A DNA stretch of 64,000 bases from Bdellovibrionales bacterium (GCA_964230645.1 CAXRHT010000003.1:576001-640000), one strand, 5' to 3'. Shown: positions 54,569 through 64,000, counted from the first letter of the stretch. Translations and numbers: made by a program. The notes: generated from the sequence alone by a model not told the origin.

Positions 54569-55723
54569 CTAAAGGTTTTTAAATCGATCGATAATTATCG
54601 AAAGTGACTCTTTAGCTTGCCGAAAAACTTTTTTTCTCCACTCAGGGTCTGAAGGATTGAACATCTCTTTGAAAAGTTCCTTCACTCTTTTTTCTGAGGC
54701 TTCATCAGCATAACCATAACGAAAGCCTTGATTTTCGTAAATCATATTTCGAAGAGACCGAAATCCACCCAAGGTGGTTTGCGAGTTAAGGGTGCCGAAC
54801 TCAAAAGTCATGGGGATAATAATTTCTTTTTCTTTAAAGAGACGAAAACTAAAGGTGCCAAAGTCTCCAGATGTTCTATAAAAATCTTTGTCGGCGCCAA
54901 AATCCAAATCGAAACCTTTAAAGAGTGTCTTGAAGCCGGACGCTTCGGCTAAACGGCGGTCAGAAAAAAAATGCAGCTGCCCACGTCTGCCGTAACCCGT
55001 GTGTAAATCAATATGGACGATTTTATTGTAGGGATTTCCAAAGTGCTTAAAGACTTTTTCAATCACTTTTACATTCTCTTGTATTTTCTGTCCGCCATAA
55101 TAAATTCCCTTGGGATTTTGGTACTGGCCACCCACGGCAATTTGAGCGATTTGTTTGCGTCCATAAAAGAATAATTTTTTAAGAGACTGTAAAAATAGCA
55201 CGGCATCGTTGATATAACTGGCATTGAGTTCTTCTTCTGGATTTAAGTATTCATCAAAAACCTTGTAGGCCGTTATCCTAGAATCAAAATGCTCCTGTGT
55301 CGCCGAATAATTGCGATTAAGATCCACATTGTTTTCATTTACTCGCCTCTTGAATTGATAACCATAGGGATTCACAGCGTGAACTATAAGTATCCCCATA
55401 TGATCAAGCCAAGAAGGCTCAAAGTAATTGCTCAAGAAATCAAACTGCAAGGCACTTCCCACAAAAGCTTCAATCCCATGGGTACCGGAAGTGATAATTA
55501 AAAGTCTTTCTGTTTCGCCCCCGTTTTGAGGCAGATAAAGCACGTCAGTGGTCAGTAGCATTTTCGTTTGAGTCGGAATGCTAAAATTTTGGATCTGCGC
55601 ACTAGGTATCTTTTCTTGCAGGCTTTCGCCCAGCTCTAAAAAGTGATCTCGACTTTCTATATAGGACTCTGGAACAAATTGGGCATAGAGGGGTAAAAAT
55701 AAGCAAAAAATAAAATGGATCAT
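54569..55723 (-). CDS. M14-type zinc carboxypeptidase (DUF2817-like), exported
   Basis: SGTHGIE, HAVNPYG, RRVNENNVDLNRN, DLHTGYG, EFGT; ATG at 55723 after GGAG. Confidence 0.85.
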   Translation of the reverse strand: MIHFIFCLFLPLYAQFVPESYIESRDHFLELGESLQEKIPSAQIQNFSIPTQTKMLLTTDVLYLPQNGGETERLLIITSGTHGIEAFVGSALQFDFLSNYFEPSWLDHMGILIVHAVNPYGYQFKRRVNENNVDLNRNYSATQEHFDSRITAYKVFDEYLNPEEELNASYINDAVLFLQSLKKLFFYGRKQIAQIAVGGQYQNPKGIYYGGQKIQENVKVIEKVFKHFGNPYNKIVHIDLHTGYGRRGQLHFFSDRRLAEASGFKTLFKGFDLDFGADKDFYRTSGDFGTFSFRLFKEKEIIIPMTFEFGTLNSQTTLGGFRSLRNMIYENQGFRYGYADEASEKRVKELFKEMFNPSDPEWRKKVFRQAKESLSIIIDRFKNL

Positions 55724-55991
55724 TTCTCCATGAAATCTTTCAAGCTTACTAGGGTCAAGCTCCGAGCCGAAAAGCAAAAGTCTGCAAATACGACCTCAAT
55801 AGACGTGATTTGAGCCCCCAAAATGAGTATTTTTTAACAAATATTGCGAAGGGATAAGCGCTAAGCCATTAATAATAAAGAAAAAAGCCGGCTGACGAAG
55901 TCTTTGGTCGGAAGTTTAGAATAAGGTTGAAACTTACATATGTTCTTTTTAGAGTAAAATTTAAGGTTCTTAAACTGAGCCGGGGGTAATT

Positions 55992-56519
55992 ATGTTTAAG
56001 TCAATCGTCGTCGTTTTTTTGTTACTAGCTATAGGGGCCTGCTCTTCTCCTAAGAAAGGGCTTTCAAAAACAAAACGCCAGGTGGCCCAAAGCCGTGCTG
56101 AGAGTTCGCCTTCTAGTTTGAAGCAAAGATTTCTCGAACAAACGAGATTAAAAGAAAATCGTGATTATTTTCCAACAAACCAAAATGAAGCCGCTCCCTG
56201 CTTAGAGGGTACTCTTGAGGTTTTAGAAATCGATGGAGAATCTTTATCAATTCGAATTGGTGGACGTTTGCTCGTTAGCCAAATCCAAGCCGGCGAAAGT
56301 CGTGAGCAGTATCAGGAAAGAGAGTGCCGCTATCGTCAGACCACCCGGTGGGACAATAAAACCATTACCATGGATAAGCGTCGCATTTGTGGAGAGACAA
56401 AGTATTTAACAAAACTGGAAGTTCAAATCGACTCGCCGACAAGTCTTCAATACAAACTTGAGACCTTCGAGAACAAAAACTTGGAATTAAAGACGACTTG
56501 TCAACTGGAGGCTGAATAA
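55992..56519 (+). CDS. Hypothetical lipoprotein
   Basis: Lipobox IGAC; four further Cys. Confidence 0.75.
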   Translation: MFKSIVVVFLLLAIGACSSPKKGLSKTKRQVAQSRAESSPSSLKQRFLEQTRLKENRDYFPTNQNEAAPCLEGTLEVLEIDGESLSIRIGGRLLVSQIQAGESREQYQERECRYRQTTRWDNKTITMDKRRICGETKYLTKLEVQIDSPTSLQYKLETFENKNLELKTTCQLEAE

Positions 56520-56521
56520 TC

Positions 56522-57160
56522 ATGAAATTTGCCTCCATCGTATTTTTAATTTTTCTAGTGTCTCAATCTGCATTTGGGGAAACCACAACCTCTGGAGCAG
56601 GGCAGGCGCCTGTTCCTGCGGGAGTTAGTATCAACCCGTCAAGTTATGGAATGGCCAGGGCTTGTAATAATTTTGTTAACAACAACGGCTTGGGTACCTA
56701 TGGTCGACAATTACAATCGGCACTGGGACGAGTGGGAACGAGTTGCTTTTTTAGCGGTGGAATTAATTTTACCAATCTTTGCCCCAACTACAATTCGTTT
56801 AATAACGGTAGAAAGATGCAGTTTATTGCCTTTCTTTTTGCCTCAATGGCTTTTTACGAATCTAGCTGTAATCCACGGGCTCAGGCGCAAGGGACCAACG
56901 ATATCGCTGATGGACTGTTACAACTCGAATACTCGCAAAGTCAAAGAAGAGATGCGGGCAGAAATGCTGTTCACTGTGCGACCAACCGTGGAGTCAACAC
57001 TCAAGACATTGGCTTTCAAATGGAGTGTGGTGCTTCAATTTTCAAAGACGGCTATTGTGGTACCGGCCGAATTCCCGGGAGCCACTCGTGGTACTGGCAA
57101 AAGCTCAACGGGAATCGCAGTATCACACGTATGGCCCGACGCTTTCCTTTTTGCAGTTAA
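56522..57160 (+). CDS. Secreted lytic transglycosylase/lysozyme-like protein
   Basis: Signal peptide; MAFYESSCNP (catalytic Glu-Ser) and GLLQL SLT motifs; Cys-rich. Confidence 0.8.
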   Translation: MKFASIVFLIFLVSQSAFGETTTSGAGQAPVPAGVSINPSSYGMARACNNFVNNNGLGTYGRQLQSALGRVGTSCFFSGGINFTNLCPNYNSFNNGRKMQFIAFLFASMAFYESSCNPRAQAQGTNDIADGLLQLEYSQSQRRDAGRNAVHCATNRGVNTQDIGFQMECGASIFKDGYCGTGRIPGSHSWYWQKLNGNRSITRMARRFPFCS

Positions 57161-57175
57161 TTTACCTAACTTCCA

Positions 57176-58174
57176 CTAGTTATTGCCAAAGACAACGGGC
57201 TCATTGGAGCTCGATGTGGTGGGGCTAGCAGGCTGGCTAGGTGTAGAGCTTTGGTTGTGTTGATCAACCTGATAAGCTGTAAGACCAACGGCCACGACTG
57301 AGAGGCCGATCCAAAACCATTTGTTTTCATAAAATTTGGGTCCTTTTTTCCTCTTTTCTTTGGGAAAAGATAAAGCCGAATCACTTGTGGGTAAGCCAGC
57401 CAATTGTGTTTGAGCGCTGCCAGTACAGCCTTGATCAAATAGAGTAAGCTTAGTCTGAGTTAGAGAATCTGTGTTAAAAATAGGATTGTGGCAGCCTCCC
57501 GTTACTAATGGAATCATTGGTAGTCTCACCTCACCCAACTCGCTGGCTTTTAGTTGAAAACTTTGAGGCCGCCACTTGTTGGAATAAAAACTAATTCTAA
57601 GAGGTCCGAGTTCTTTTTTTAAAAAGCCAGAAGAAAAGTCTACTTTTTGTCCATTCACAAAAACTTGATCAAACTTTTCGGTGTTCTTAGGAAGAGCCCA
57701 AACTTGGGTTTTTAGCTTTTCTTTGAGTCGCTTTCTTTTCGCAATAAGAGGTGGAGGGAAAAGCTCTTGATTGGCACTGGATTTGGAATCAAAAGCTAGG
57801 GAAAGGCGGAGAGTCTCAGTCTGTTTTTGTTTATTCTTTTGAAGTTGAGCCAGGCGTAAAAAGGAGTAGTTAATAATATCCCTTTGTTCTGTGTTCCAGT
57901 CCTCCTTAAAACTAAGATCCACAATTTTTTGAAATTGACCGCGAGCCTTATCTAGAGAGCCTTTTAAAAATTCAAATTGCGCTTGTTTTAGCAGTTCACC
58001 AAGTCTGGCGTCCTTCGATTTTTTTTGAAACAAATGATCAACAAAACTTATTTTATCGGTGTTTTCGTTAATATACTTTTGGTACTCAAGATCATGGCTC
58101 TGCTCGGATTGAACCATTACATCTGCAGCAAATAGATTAAAGATAAATAAGCAAACAATCATAAACTCTCCCAT
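57176..58174 (-). CDS. Exported/membrane protein with TPR-like helices and C-terminal TM
   Basis: Signal-like N-terminus; helical region; KKGPKFYENKWFWIGLSVVAVG anchor. Confidence 0.7.
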   Translation of the reverse strand: MGEFMIVCLFIFNLFAADVMVQSEQSHDLEYQKYINENTDKISFVDHLFQKKSKDARLGELLKQAQFEFLKGSLDKARGQFQKIVDLSFKEDWNTEQRDIINYSFLRLAQLQKNKQKQTETLRLSLAFDSKSSANQELFPPPLIAKRKRLKEKLKTQVWALPKNTEKFDQVFVNGQKVDFSSGFLKKELGPLRISFYSNKWRPQSFQLKASELGEVRLPMIPLVTGGCHNPIFNTDSLTQTKLTLFDQGCTGSAQTQLAGLPTSDSALSFPKEKRKKGPKFYENKWFWIGLSVVAVGLTAYQVDQHNQSSTPSQPASPTTSSSNEPVVFGNN

Positions 58175-58698
58175 TCATAGACAATCTGTCTTTTTGGTTT
58201 TGCCTTTTTAGGAGTAACAACTTTCGTGCCAAGCACCTTCGGATTGCGAATGGCGACTGTAAATTCTCCACGGTAGCTTGTAATGGGTGCAGCTTCTTGG
58301 TCGCTTAATAAAACGTAGAAAAATCGGGGGTTTCCGGGGGCTTTCGCAATTTTTACGGCGTAGGCCAGTTTTTTTGATTTTTCTGTGGGGTTTAATGGGG
58401 TGGTGTAGAGGTCCACAACTCCAAAATGTCCGATAGTTCGGTCCAAAGATTCGTAATTTGCAACAGTAATCTGGAGCAAAATCTTCCCATCCGGAACAAA
58501 TGTGTCCATAGCGATGGGCTTTCCGGATTTTTGTTTTAAAGGCTCCGGTGCTTCTTCATATTGCAACCCGTAAGAAAGTCCCCCTAAAACGAGAGCCACA
58601 CCTAAAAATACGGCTAAAACTTCTTTGGGGTGAGATTCCGGCTCAGTGAGCCACTCTTTTAACTTTATAGTGATTGTATTGGTGTTTAATTTTGCCAT
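58159..58698 (-). CDS. CpaB/RcpC-like Flp pilus assembly protein
   Basis: TM followed by DTFVPDG...GVVDLY...V.IAK, an RcpC-like beta domain; lies in the pilin cluster. Confidence 0.55.
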   Translation of the reverse strand: MAKLNTNTITIKLKEWLTEPESHPKEVLAVFLGVALVLGGLSYGLQYEEAPEPLKQKSGKPIAMDTFVPDGKILLQITVANYESLDRTIGHFGVVDLYTTPLNPTEKSKKLAYAVKIAKAPGNPRFFYVLLSDQEAAPITSYRGEFTVAIRNPKVLGTKVVTPKKAKPKRQIVYEWESL

Positions 58699-58792
58699 GA
58701 CATTCCTCCAAAGTGATAAGAAATAAACTTATAAAAAAAGCGATGATAACGGTTTCTACCAGAGACTGGCCTCTCCGATGACGGGGTACCAT
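58643..58792 (-). CDS. Small Tad-type pseudopilin (49 aa)
   Basis: AGGAGG RBS; RRG|QSLVE prepilin motif followed by a hydrophobic helix. Confidence 0.7.
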   Translation of the reverse strand: MVPRHRRGQSLVETVIIAFFISLFLITLEECHGKIKHQYNHYKVKRVAH

Positions 58793-59469
58793 GTAAGACC
58801 TCCTTTGTTTGTGGGGTGAGAGGCACACTCTCCGACCCATTGATTTTGACCTGTGAAATAAGATTGAAGCCAACGAGGGAAAAAGTTACTCAAAGGAATT
58901 CTCCACTCAGCTTTCATGGTTTGTGCTGCTTTATGATGGACAGGACGTTTGTAGACGGAGGCAATGTCCTTTATTCGAATCTTCACCTGAGATTGTTTGG
59001 GGTATATATGAAGTTCAGGAGCTCGATACTCCGTAGTCTTCCATAGAGACGCCATATCTTGAATTTTATGATAAAAGTTTCGGCGAAAATCGTACACAGA
59101 GGTCTGCGACCTTGAATTCATTTGAGTGATAATACTTTGTTGAATTCCGGCCACTCTCTTTTGCTCCGCTTTAACGGTGACGTAACCAGCTGAGGCCGCA
59201 AGGACCACCCAAGGGTTGGGAGACTTCATAAGCTTTTTTAAAATCCTCTTGGCTATTATAAGGCTGTAAGCTTCCATATTGTAGGAAAGTAGATTCGTAT
59301 TTCCCTCCACTAAAATTTCCTGACTTCTTAAAAGACTTTCGTGGCAGAGATTTTCAATACGGTTGCGCTGATTCATAAACCACACCATCCACATACCAGA
59401 AAAAAGCAAGGTAAAGACAATCGGTAATATAAGAATAAGATAAACTTGAGCCATTCCTTTGTTATTCAT
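58756..59469 (-). CDS. TadG-like pseudopilin
   Basis: MNNKG|MAQVYLILILP; start overlaps the upstream stop (TAATG). Confidence 0.65.
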   Translation of the reverse strand: MNNKGMAQVYLILILPIVFTLLFSGMWMVWFMNQRNRIENLCHESLLRSQEILVEGNTNLLSYNMEAYSLIIAKRILKKLMKSPNPWVVLAASAGYVTVKAEQKRVAGIQQSIITQMNSRSQTSVYDFRRNFYHKIQDMASLWKTTEYRAPELHIYPKQSQVKIRIKDIASVYKRPVHHKAAQTMKAEWRIPLSNFFPRWLQSYFTGQNQWVGECASHPTNKGGLTWYPVIGEASLW

Positions 59470-59828
59470 TAGTGTTCCCCGAAGTCTTCTGCTTTTAAGG
59501 GGCGAGACCACTCGTAGCTAAAAAGTTTGTGGTCAAGAAAAGGAGTGGAGAGTTCACTTTCAAAACGAAGTTGAAAAGCATTGTAAAAAATATGAATGGA
59601 ATGGACCTCAAGAAAGGGAACTTGATTAACGTGATCACGAAACTGAGACTCACAAAAATGGCGACCCTTGCCTTTTTCCAGACAGAGGGCGGTCTGGTAA
59701 GACTGGAAATCAATATAGTAAAAGCTAATAAAGGCATAGCCTAAGCCCACCAGTCCCACCAAAAGAAGCTTGAAAAAAGGAGCCAATACGATCGCCTCAA
59801 CGAGCGCTTGGCCTTTTTCATTTCCCAT
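59469..59828 (-). CDS. TadE-like pseudopilin
   Basis: MGNEKG|QALVE motif plus TM helix. Confidence 0.75.
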   Translation of the reverse strand: MGNEKGQALVEAIVLAPFFKLLLVGLVGLGYAFISFYYIDFQSYQTALCLEKGKGRHFCESQFRDHVNQVPFLEVHSIHIFYNAFQLRFESELSTPFLDHKLFSYEWSRPLKAEDFGEH

Positions 59829-59829
59829 T

Positions 59830-60084
59830 TTATCGACCCTGAGAAACGGCGCCATGAAAGAAGTCGGACATATCTTTCTTCTTAATATCGGACTCTTCGA
59901 TTTGTTCCATTTCAATGCTGATCCCAGCTCTTGAGCCCTGAAGGGTCTGAGTGATGCTGGCTATTTTCTTACTTGTTGTATTTGATAGAAGCCTCATCAT
60001 CCCCATAGTGGCCACTGCCATTAACGCGACGATGACCATATACTCCACAAGGCCCTGTCCTTTTTTGTTTTTCAATAGTTTCAT
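59830..60084 (-). CDS. flp: Flp family type IVb/IVc pilin
   Basis: AGGAG RBS; NKKG|QGLVEY Flp motif. Confidence 0.88.
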   Translation of the reverse strand: MKLLKNKKGQGLVEYMVIVALMAVATMGMMRLLSNTTSKKIASITQTLQGSRAGISIEMEQIEESDIKKKDMSDFFHGAVSQGR

Positions 60085-60220
60085 AATGCATTCTCCTTTT
60101 TGTTTAAAAAGAAGATGTGCAAATAGGGGAGGCATGGGCTTTAGAGCCTATGAGAAATTTAAGTCATTTAGTCCGAAATCTGGCCGGACTTATAAGATGG
60201 GAAGAGTTTTCGAAAAAGAC

Positions 60221-60445
60221 TTAGTCCGTCTTCTTTTTACCTGAGCGACTTTTCTTTTTGGCTTTGGCTTCTTGGCGCTTTTGACTAATGTTGTCAATAA
60301 TTTCGAAGGCCTCTGTGCGGAGATCATTTTCGTAGATGAAACGATAGAAACCTTCGATCTCGGGGCTTTGGCGGAACTTTTTTAGGGACGCGGGGATCGA
60401 TGGGGCATCGCTATCGGAATTGGATTTACTTTTCTTTCTTGCCAC
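60221..60445 (-). CDS. Small basic hypothetical protein
   Basis: AGGAG RBS; Lys-rich termini flanking IEGFYRFIYENDLR. Confidence 0.75.
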   Translation of the reverse strand: MARKKSKSNSDSDAPSIPASLKKFRQSPEIEGFYRFIYENDLRTEAFEIIDNISQKRQEAKAKKKSRSGKKKTD

Positions 60446-60590
60446 GAGCGCTCCTTTTTGTGCTCACAATCTAGCACAGTCGCCTCTGGGGTCAAGTTTA
60501 ATAGACTTTAAGAAAGCCAGCTTTGGGGCGTGACATCAGGAAAGGAAGGGCTTAAAAATCAGCCCTACACAAATTCTTGAAGGAGCGATT

Positions 60591-61448
60591 TTGCTAAAGC
60601 TGGATGGCCGAGCCTATGCAGGTGAGTTAAGAGAGAGCCTCAAGGGGCGAGTTGAAAACTTCCAAAGCACCACTGGAATTACGCCCTGTTTAGCCGTGGT
60701 TCTAGTGGGTGATGATCCTGCCAGCCAAGTTTATGTGTCTCACAAAATCAAAGCCTGCAAAAAAGCGGGAATTCAATCCATTGAAAAAAGACTGGCTGCT
60801 GACACCAAAGAGGAAGAGCTTATATCTGTGGTGGAGGCCTTAAACAATGATCCAAGCGTTCATGGCATCCTGGTTCAGCTTCCTTTGCCGGAAAATATCA
60901 ACGAAGAACGCGTGATCGATAGTATCTCTGCTCTTAAAGACGCCGATGGGTTAAGTGTCGAAAATCTAGGTTTACTCCTTTCCGGGCGTAAAAGAGTGGC
61001 CCCCTGTACACCCAGCGGGGTGATTGAGCTTCTAAAAAGAAACGAAATTGAAATTTCTGGAAAGCGAGCTGTGGTTGTGGGGCGAAGTCAAATTGTGGGT
61101 AAACCCATGGCCCTTCTTCTTTTGCAGGAAAACGCCACAGTCACTATTTGTCATTCGCGGACCAAAGATATGCGGGCTCATCTAAAAGAAGCCGACCTCG
61201 TAGTGGTGGCCGCCGGGCGCCCCGAGTTTTTAGGAAGAGATGACTTTAAAAAGGGAAGTGTTGTGGTTGATGTGGGAATCCATCGCAAAGAAAATGGAAA
61301 ACTTTGTGGAGATGTCCGAGCCGATGAGGTTACAGACATCGTTTCCGCTCTCTCTCCTGTGCCCGGAGGTGTGGGGCCGATGACCATTGCTATGCTTTTA
61401 GAAAATACGTTGAAGTTAGCCAAACTGCACGGGGAGAAAAATCAATGA
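60591..61448 (+). CDS. folD: Methylenetetrahydrofolate dehydrogenase/cyclohydrolase
   Basis: HGILVQLPLP, KDADG, PCTP, GRS.IVGKP, PVPGGVGPMT. Confidence 0.98.
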   Translation: MLKLDGRAYAGELRESLKGRVENFQSTTGITPCLAVVLVGDDPASQVYVSHKIKACKKAGIQSIEKRLAADTKEEELISVVEALNNDPSVHGILVQLPLPENINEERVIDSISALKDADGLSVENLGLLLSGRKRVAPCTPSGVIELLKRNEIEISGKRAVVVGRSQIVGKPMALLLLQENATVTICHSRTKDMRAHLKEADLVVVAAGRPEFLGRDDFKKGSVVVDVGIHRKENGKLCGDVRADEVTDIVSALSPVPGGVGPMTIAMLLENTLKLAKLHGEKNQ

Positions 61449-62536
61449 GTGAAAATATTAAGAAAACACCTATGGAAGCCACTCATATCGAGCAAGGCGG
61501 AAAAATGGTTGAATTTGCTGGCTGGAATATGCCTGTGCAGTTCGAGGGGATTAAACAAGAACACAATCATGTGCGCACAAGTGTTGGCCTTTTTGATGTG
61601 TCCCACATGGGAGAAATACGTGTTCGTGGAAGAGAGGCTTTAAAAACTCTGCAGTGGTTAACCACAAATGATGTTTCAAAACTCACCAAAGGAAAGGCTC
61701 AGTACACCCTTTTTCCCAATGAACAGGGCGGAATCGTCGATGATCTTATTGTCTACTGTTTAGAACCCAATGAAGACTATCTCCTCTGTGTGAATGCATC
61801 CAACACAGAGAAGGATTTCAATTTCCTCAGCAAAAACAACCGCGGGGCGATCATAGAAAATGAAAGCGAGCAGTGGGCGCAGATTGCCATTCAAGGTCCC
61901 AAAGCCATGGAGACCCTCGGCCAAGTGGCGCCAGTGGATATGAGTGACTGCGGAAGCTTTGAATTTAAAGATTGGGAGAGTGAAGAGTTTGGGCTCTGTT
62001 ATATCGCTAAGACGGGCTACACAGGCGAAGAGGGAGTGGAGATTTTTGTCCCCTGGGATAAAGCCAATGCACTTTGGAAAACTTTTTTTGAAAAAGAGCC
62101 AGAGGTAAAGGCCATCGGTCTTGGAGCTCGCGACACCCTGAGAACAGAGATGAAATTTCCCCTTTATGGCCAGGAGATCACCGATCTCACCAACCCTTAC
62201 GAGGCAGGCCTTGGCTGGGTCGTAAAGCCTGACAAAGGTGATTTTCTTGGAAAATCCGAAATGTTAGAAGCTAAGAAAAAAGGATTGAAGAGGAAACTGG
62301 TAGGCCTTGAGGTCACCGGCAAAGGTATCGCCCGACCCGGTTACAAGGTCTTTTCCGTTGACAGTGAAGAAATGGGTGTTGTAACGAGTGGTACTTTCTC
62401 ACCAAGTTTAGACAAAGCCATAGCCGTTGCCTTTGTGGATAAAGACGCAAGCGCGATAGGCACAAAGCTTCTTGTAGAAATGCGGAAGAAAATGATAGAA
62501 GCTGTGGTAGTAAAAACGCCCTTTTATAAGAAGTAG
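61445..62536 (+). CDS. gcvT: Glycine cleavage system T protein
   Basis: FAGW.MP, FDVSHMG, TGYTGE.G.E, GLGARDTLR.E. Confidence 0.98.
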   Translation: MSENIKKTPMEATHIEQGGKMVEFAGWNMPVQFEGIKQEHNHVRTSVGLFDVSHMGEIRVRGREALKTLQWLTTNDVSKLTKGKAQYTLFPNEQGGIVDDLIVYCLEPNEDYLLCVNASNTEKDFNFLSKNNRGAIIENESEQWAQIAIQGPKAMETLGQVAPVDMSDCGSFEFKDWESEEFGLCYIAKTGYTGEEGVEIFVPWDKANALWKTFFEKEPEVKAIGLGARDTLRTEMKFPLYGQEITDLTNPYEAGLGWVVKPDKGDFLGKSEMLEAKKKGLKRKLVGLEVTGKGIARPGYKVFSVDSEEMGVVTSGTFSPSLDKAIAVAFVDKDASAIGTKLLVEMRKKMIEAVVVKTPFYKK

Positions 62537-62548
62537 AGGAGTTCGCAA

Positions 62549-62935
62549 ATGGCCTATGTTCCAGAGGAATACTATTACACAAAAGATCACGAATGGGCTC
62601 AAGTGGATGAGAACGTGGTCACAGTCGGCATCACCGAGTATGCTCAAGAGCAGCTTGGAGAAGTGGTTTATGTGGATCTTCCAGAAGAAGGTCAGAAAGT
62701 CACCCAAGACGAGAGTTTTGGAGCTGTAGAAAGTGTAAAAGCCGCCAGTGACCTTATTGCTCCAGTTTCTGGTACAGTCATCGAGGTCAACGACTCTCAC
62801 TCTGAAGACACAGGGCTCATTAATGATGACCCTATGAATGACGGGTGGTTAATTCGTATCGAAATGGATACTGAAAAAGAGTTAGCAGCCTTGTTAAAAG
62901 CCCCCGATTACAAAAAGCTCATTGAGAAAAAGTAA
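62549..62935 (+). CDS. gcvH: Glycine cleavage system H protein
   Basis: HEW, GITEYAQ..LG, VESVKAASD (lipoyl Lys). Confidence 0.98.
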   Translation: MAYVPEEYYYTKDHEWAQVDENVVTVGITEYAQEQLGEVVYVDLPEEGQKVTQDESFGAVESVKAASDLIAPVSGTVIEVNDSHSEDTGLINDDPMNDGWLIRIEMDTEKELAALLKAPDYKKLIEKK

Positions 62936-63006
62936 TTTTTAGGGCATGTTGATTCGGTTTCCGTCGCTCCGAACAAAAAAGCGTCGATACATTTTTTCTT
63001 GTCAAC

Positions 63007-63091
63007 GCGCTTGTGGTGGAATTGGCAGACACGCTAGACTTAGGATCTAGTGCCGAAAGGCGTGGGGGTTCGACTCCCTCCAGGCGCACCA
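63007..63091 (+). tRNA. tRNA-Leu (anticodon TAG)
   Basis: GCGCTTG/CAGGCGC acceptor stem plus ACCA; D-loop TGGCAGAC; anticodon arm CTAGA-CTTAGGA-TCTAG; long variable arm; GTTCGAC T-loop. Confidence 0.97.
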
Positions 63092-63401
63092 ATCGCAAAT
63101 GTCTCCGACATTTGCTCCCGAGCTCGGATCTCTGATATCTGAGCTCAGAGCTCTGAGAAGCTCAAAACTTGGATTCCAAAATTATTCCACGCAAAGACAA
63201 TCCAGGATCCCGTGTACGGGCCCCTGAATACTGGATTCCGGTACTTTTATCGTTTCCAATAAGGTGAAATGGTGAAATCTACGGCTCAGCTATAAAATTT
63301 GCCTGCTCCGGTTACAGACGCGGTGGAATTCTGAGGGCTTGTGTTTTTCATCTTTATTGTTAATACTCCAGGCCTTCAAGCATGTAGCCCAGGGAGATTT
63401 A

Positions 63402-63824
63402 ATGGCGAATTCTGGAAATAAAAACCTTACAACAAAAGAAACTATGGATTCAGATACACCGATCACGATATTATGGGACGGCATCTTGTTAATACCTGTC
63501 GTAGGGCCGGTCGACTCTCTTCGTGCCAATCGCTTGATGGAGGATATGCTAGAGAGAATTCCTAAAGATGATACCCGAATTGTAATTTTAGACATATTGG
63601 GAGTCTTGGCCGTGGATTCTTCCGTGGCTAACCACTTATTGAAAATGTCAAAAGCCTCGCGGTTAATGGGGTGTGAGTTTATTATTTCAGGTATTTCTCC
63701 AGCCATAGCCCAGTCGATGGTTCAATTAGGGATCGATCTAAGAGATATCGACTCAACGACCACTGTTAAAGGTGCTTTAGAGCTTGCGTTTGATAAACTG
63801 AAACTTGAGGTGAAACCTCGTTAA
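63402..63824 (+). CDS. RsbR/RsbS-like STAS domain protein
   Basis: TPI..LWDGILLIPVVG.VDS.RA, ILDI.GV..VDSSVANHL, ISGISP.IAQ; ATG at 63402 after GGGAG. Confidence 0.88.
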   Translation: MANSGNKNLTTKETMDSDTPITILWDGILLIPVVGPVDSLRANRLMEDMLERIPKDDTRIVILDILGVLAVDSSVANHLLKMSKASRLMGCEFIISGISPAIAQSMVQLGIDLRDIDSTTTVKGALELAFDKLKLEVKPR

Positions 63825-64000
63825 AACGGTTACTTTATGACCAGCAATTTTTATACAGTTCAAAACTGCTTAGTAGTTTCTTTGACAGACAGGGCCCTTG
63901 GGGTTGGACTCCAACCATTATTGGAAACTCTTCTAGAGAATATAAGCCGATCAAAAAGAAAAGGAATAATTCTAGAGCTCTCGGGTGTGAGTATAATGGA

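Noticed and set aside
56574..57179. Alternative-frame and antisense ORFs (e.g. 56574-57179, 1065-1520, 50688-51233, 62408-62800, 63290-63706)
   Set aside because: They overlap well-supported genes and show no motifs of their own.
60446..60590. Glycine or THF riboswitch before folD-gcvT-gcvH
   Set aside because: No recognisable aptamer consensus in this short divergent promoter region.
63007..64000. Prophage or integrative element at tRNA-Leu
   Set aside because: No integrase or att duplication is visible within the window; cannot be excluded beyond the edge.

Overview
A 64 kb chromosomal segment of moderately low GC, most likely from a Bdellovibrionota-type predatory bacterium. This is inferred from gene content: many exported hypotheticals, R-x-[PIV]-A-S-like linker motifs, a TIGR02147-like HTH protein, Flp/Tad pilins and a DacB. 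The backbone is a dcw cluster (mraZ-rsmH-ftsL-ftsI-murE-murF-mraY-murD-ftsW-murG-murC-murB). Its gene order is conserved, but it is stretched over about 32 kb by four blocks of inserted, mostly exported-protein genes. Also present are hpt/upp, folD-gcvT-gcvH and tRNA-Leu(TAG). The most striking element is a tightly coupled five-gene operon at 1031-5829 (- strand): TPR lipoprotein, then a single polypeptide that reads as signal peptide + FliF-like ring domain (RBM3 only) + TM + FliF C-tail + FliG N/M/C, then an outer-membrane beta-barrel, motA and motB. No other flagellar or export genes are nearby, so this is a candidate self-contained, non-flagellar ion-driven rotary motor. Other accessory modules are a phosphorus-starvation cluster (Fe3+-binding protein, phoD, btaAB, Pho-box-like repeats), a REP/MITE-like palindromic element, a sigma54-type-promoter Gly-rich giant protein, an apparently exported class A PBP operon, a divergent pair of guanidino-modifying enzymes and a Flp/Tad pilin cluster. 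All calls come from reading motifs by eye; no database searches were run.
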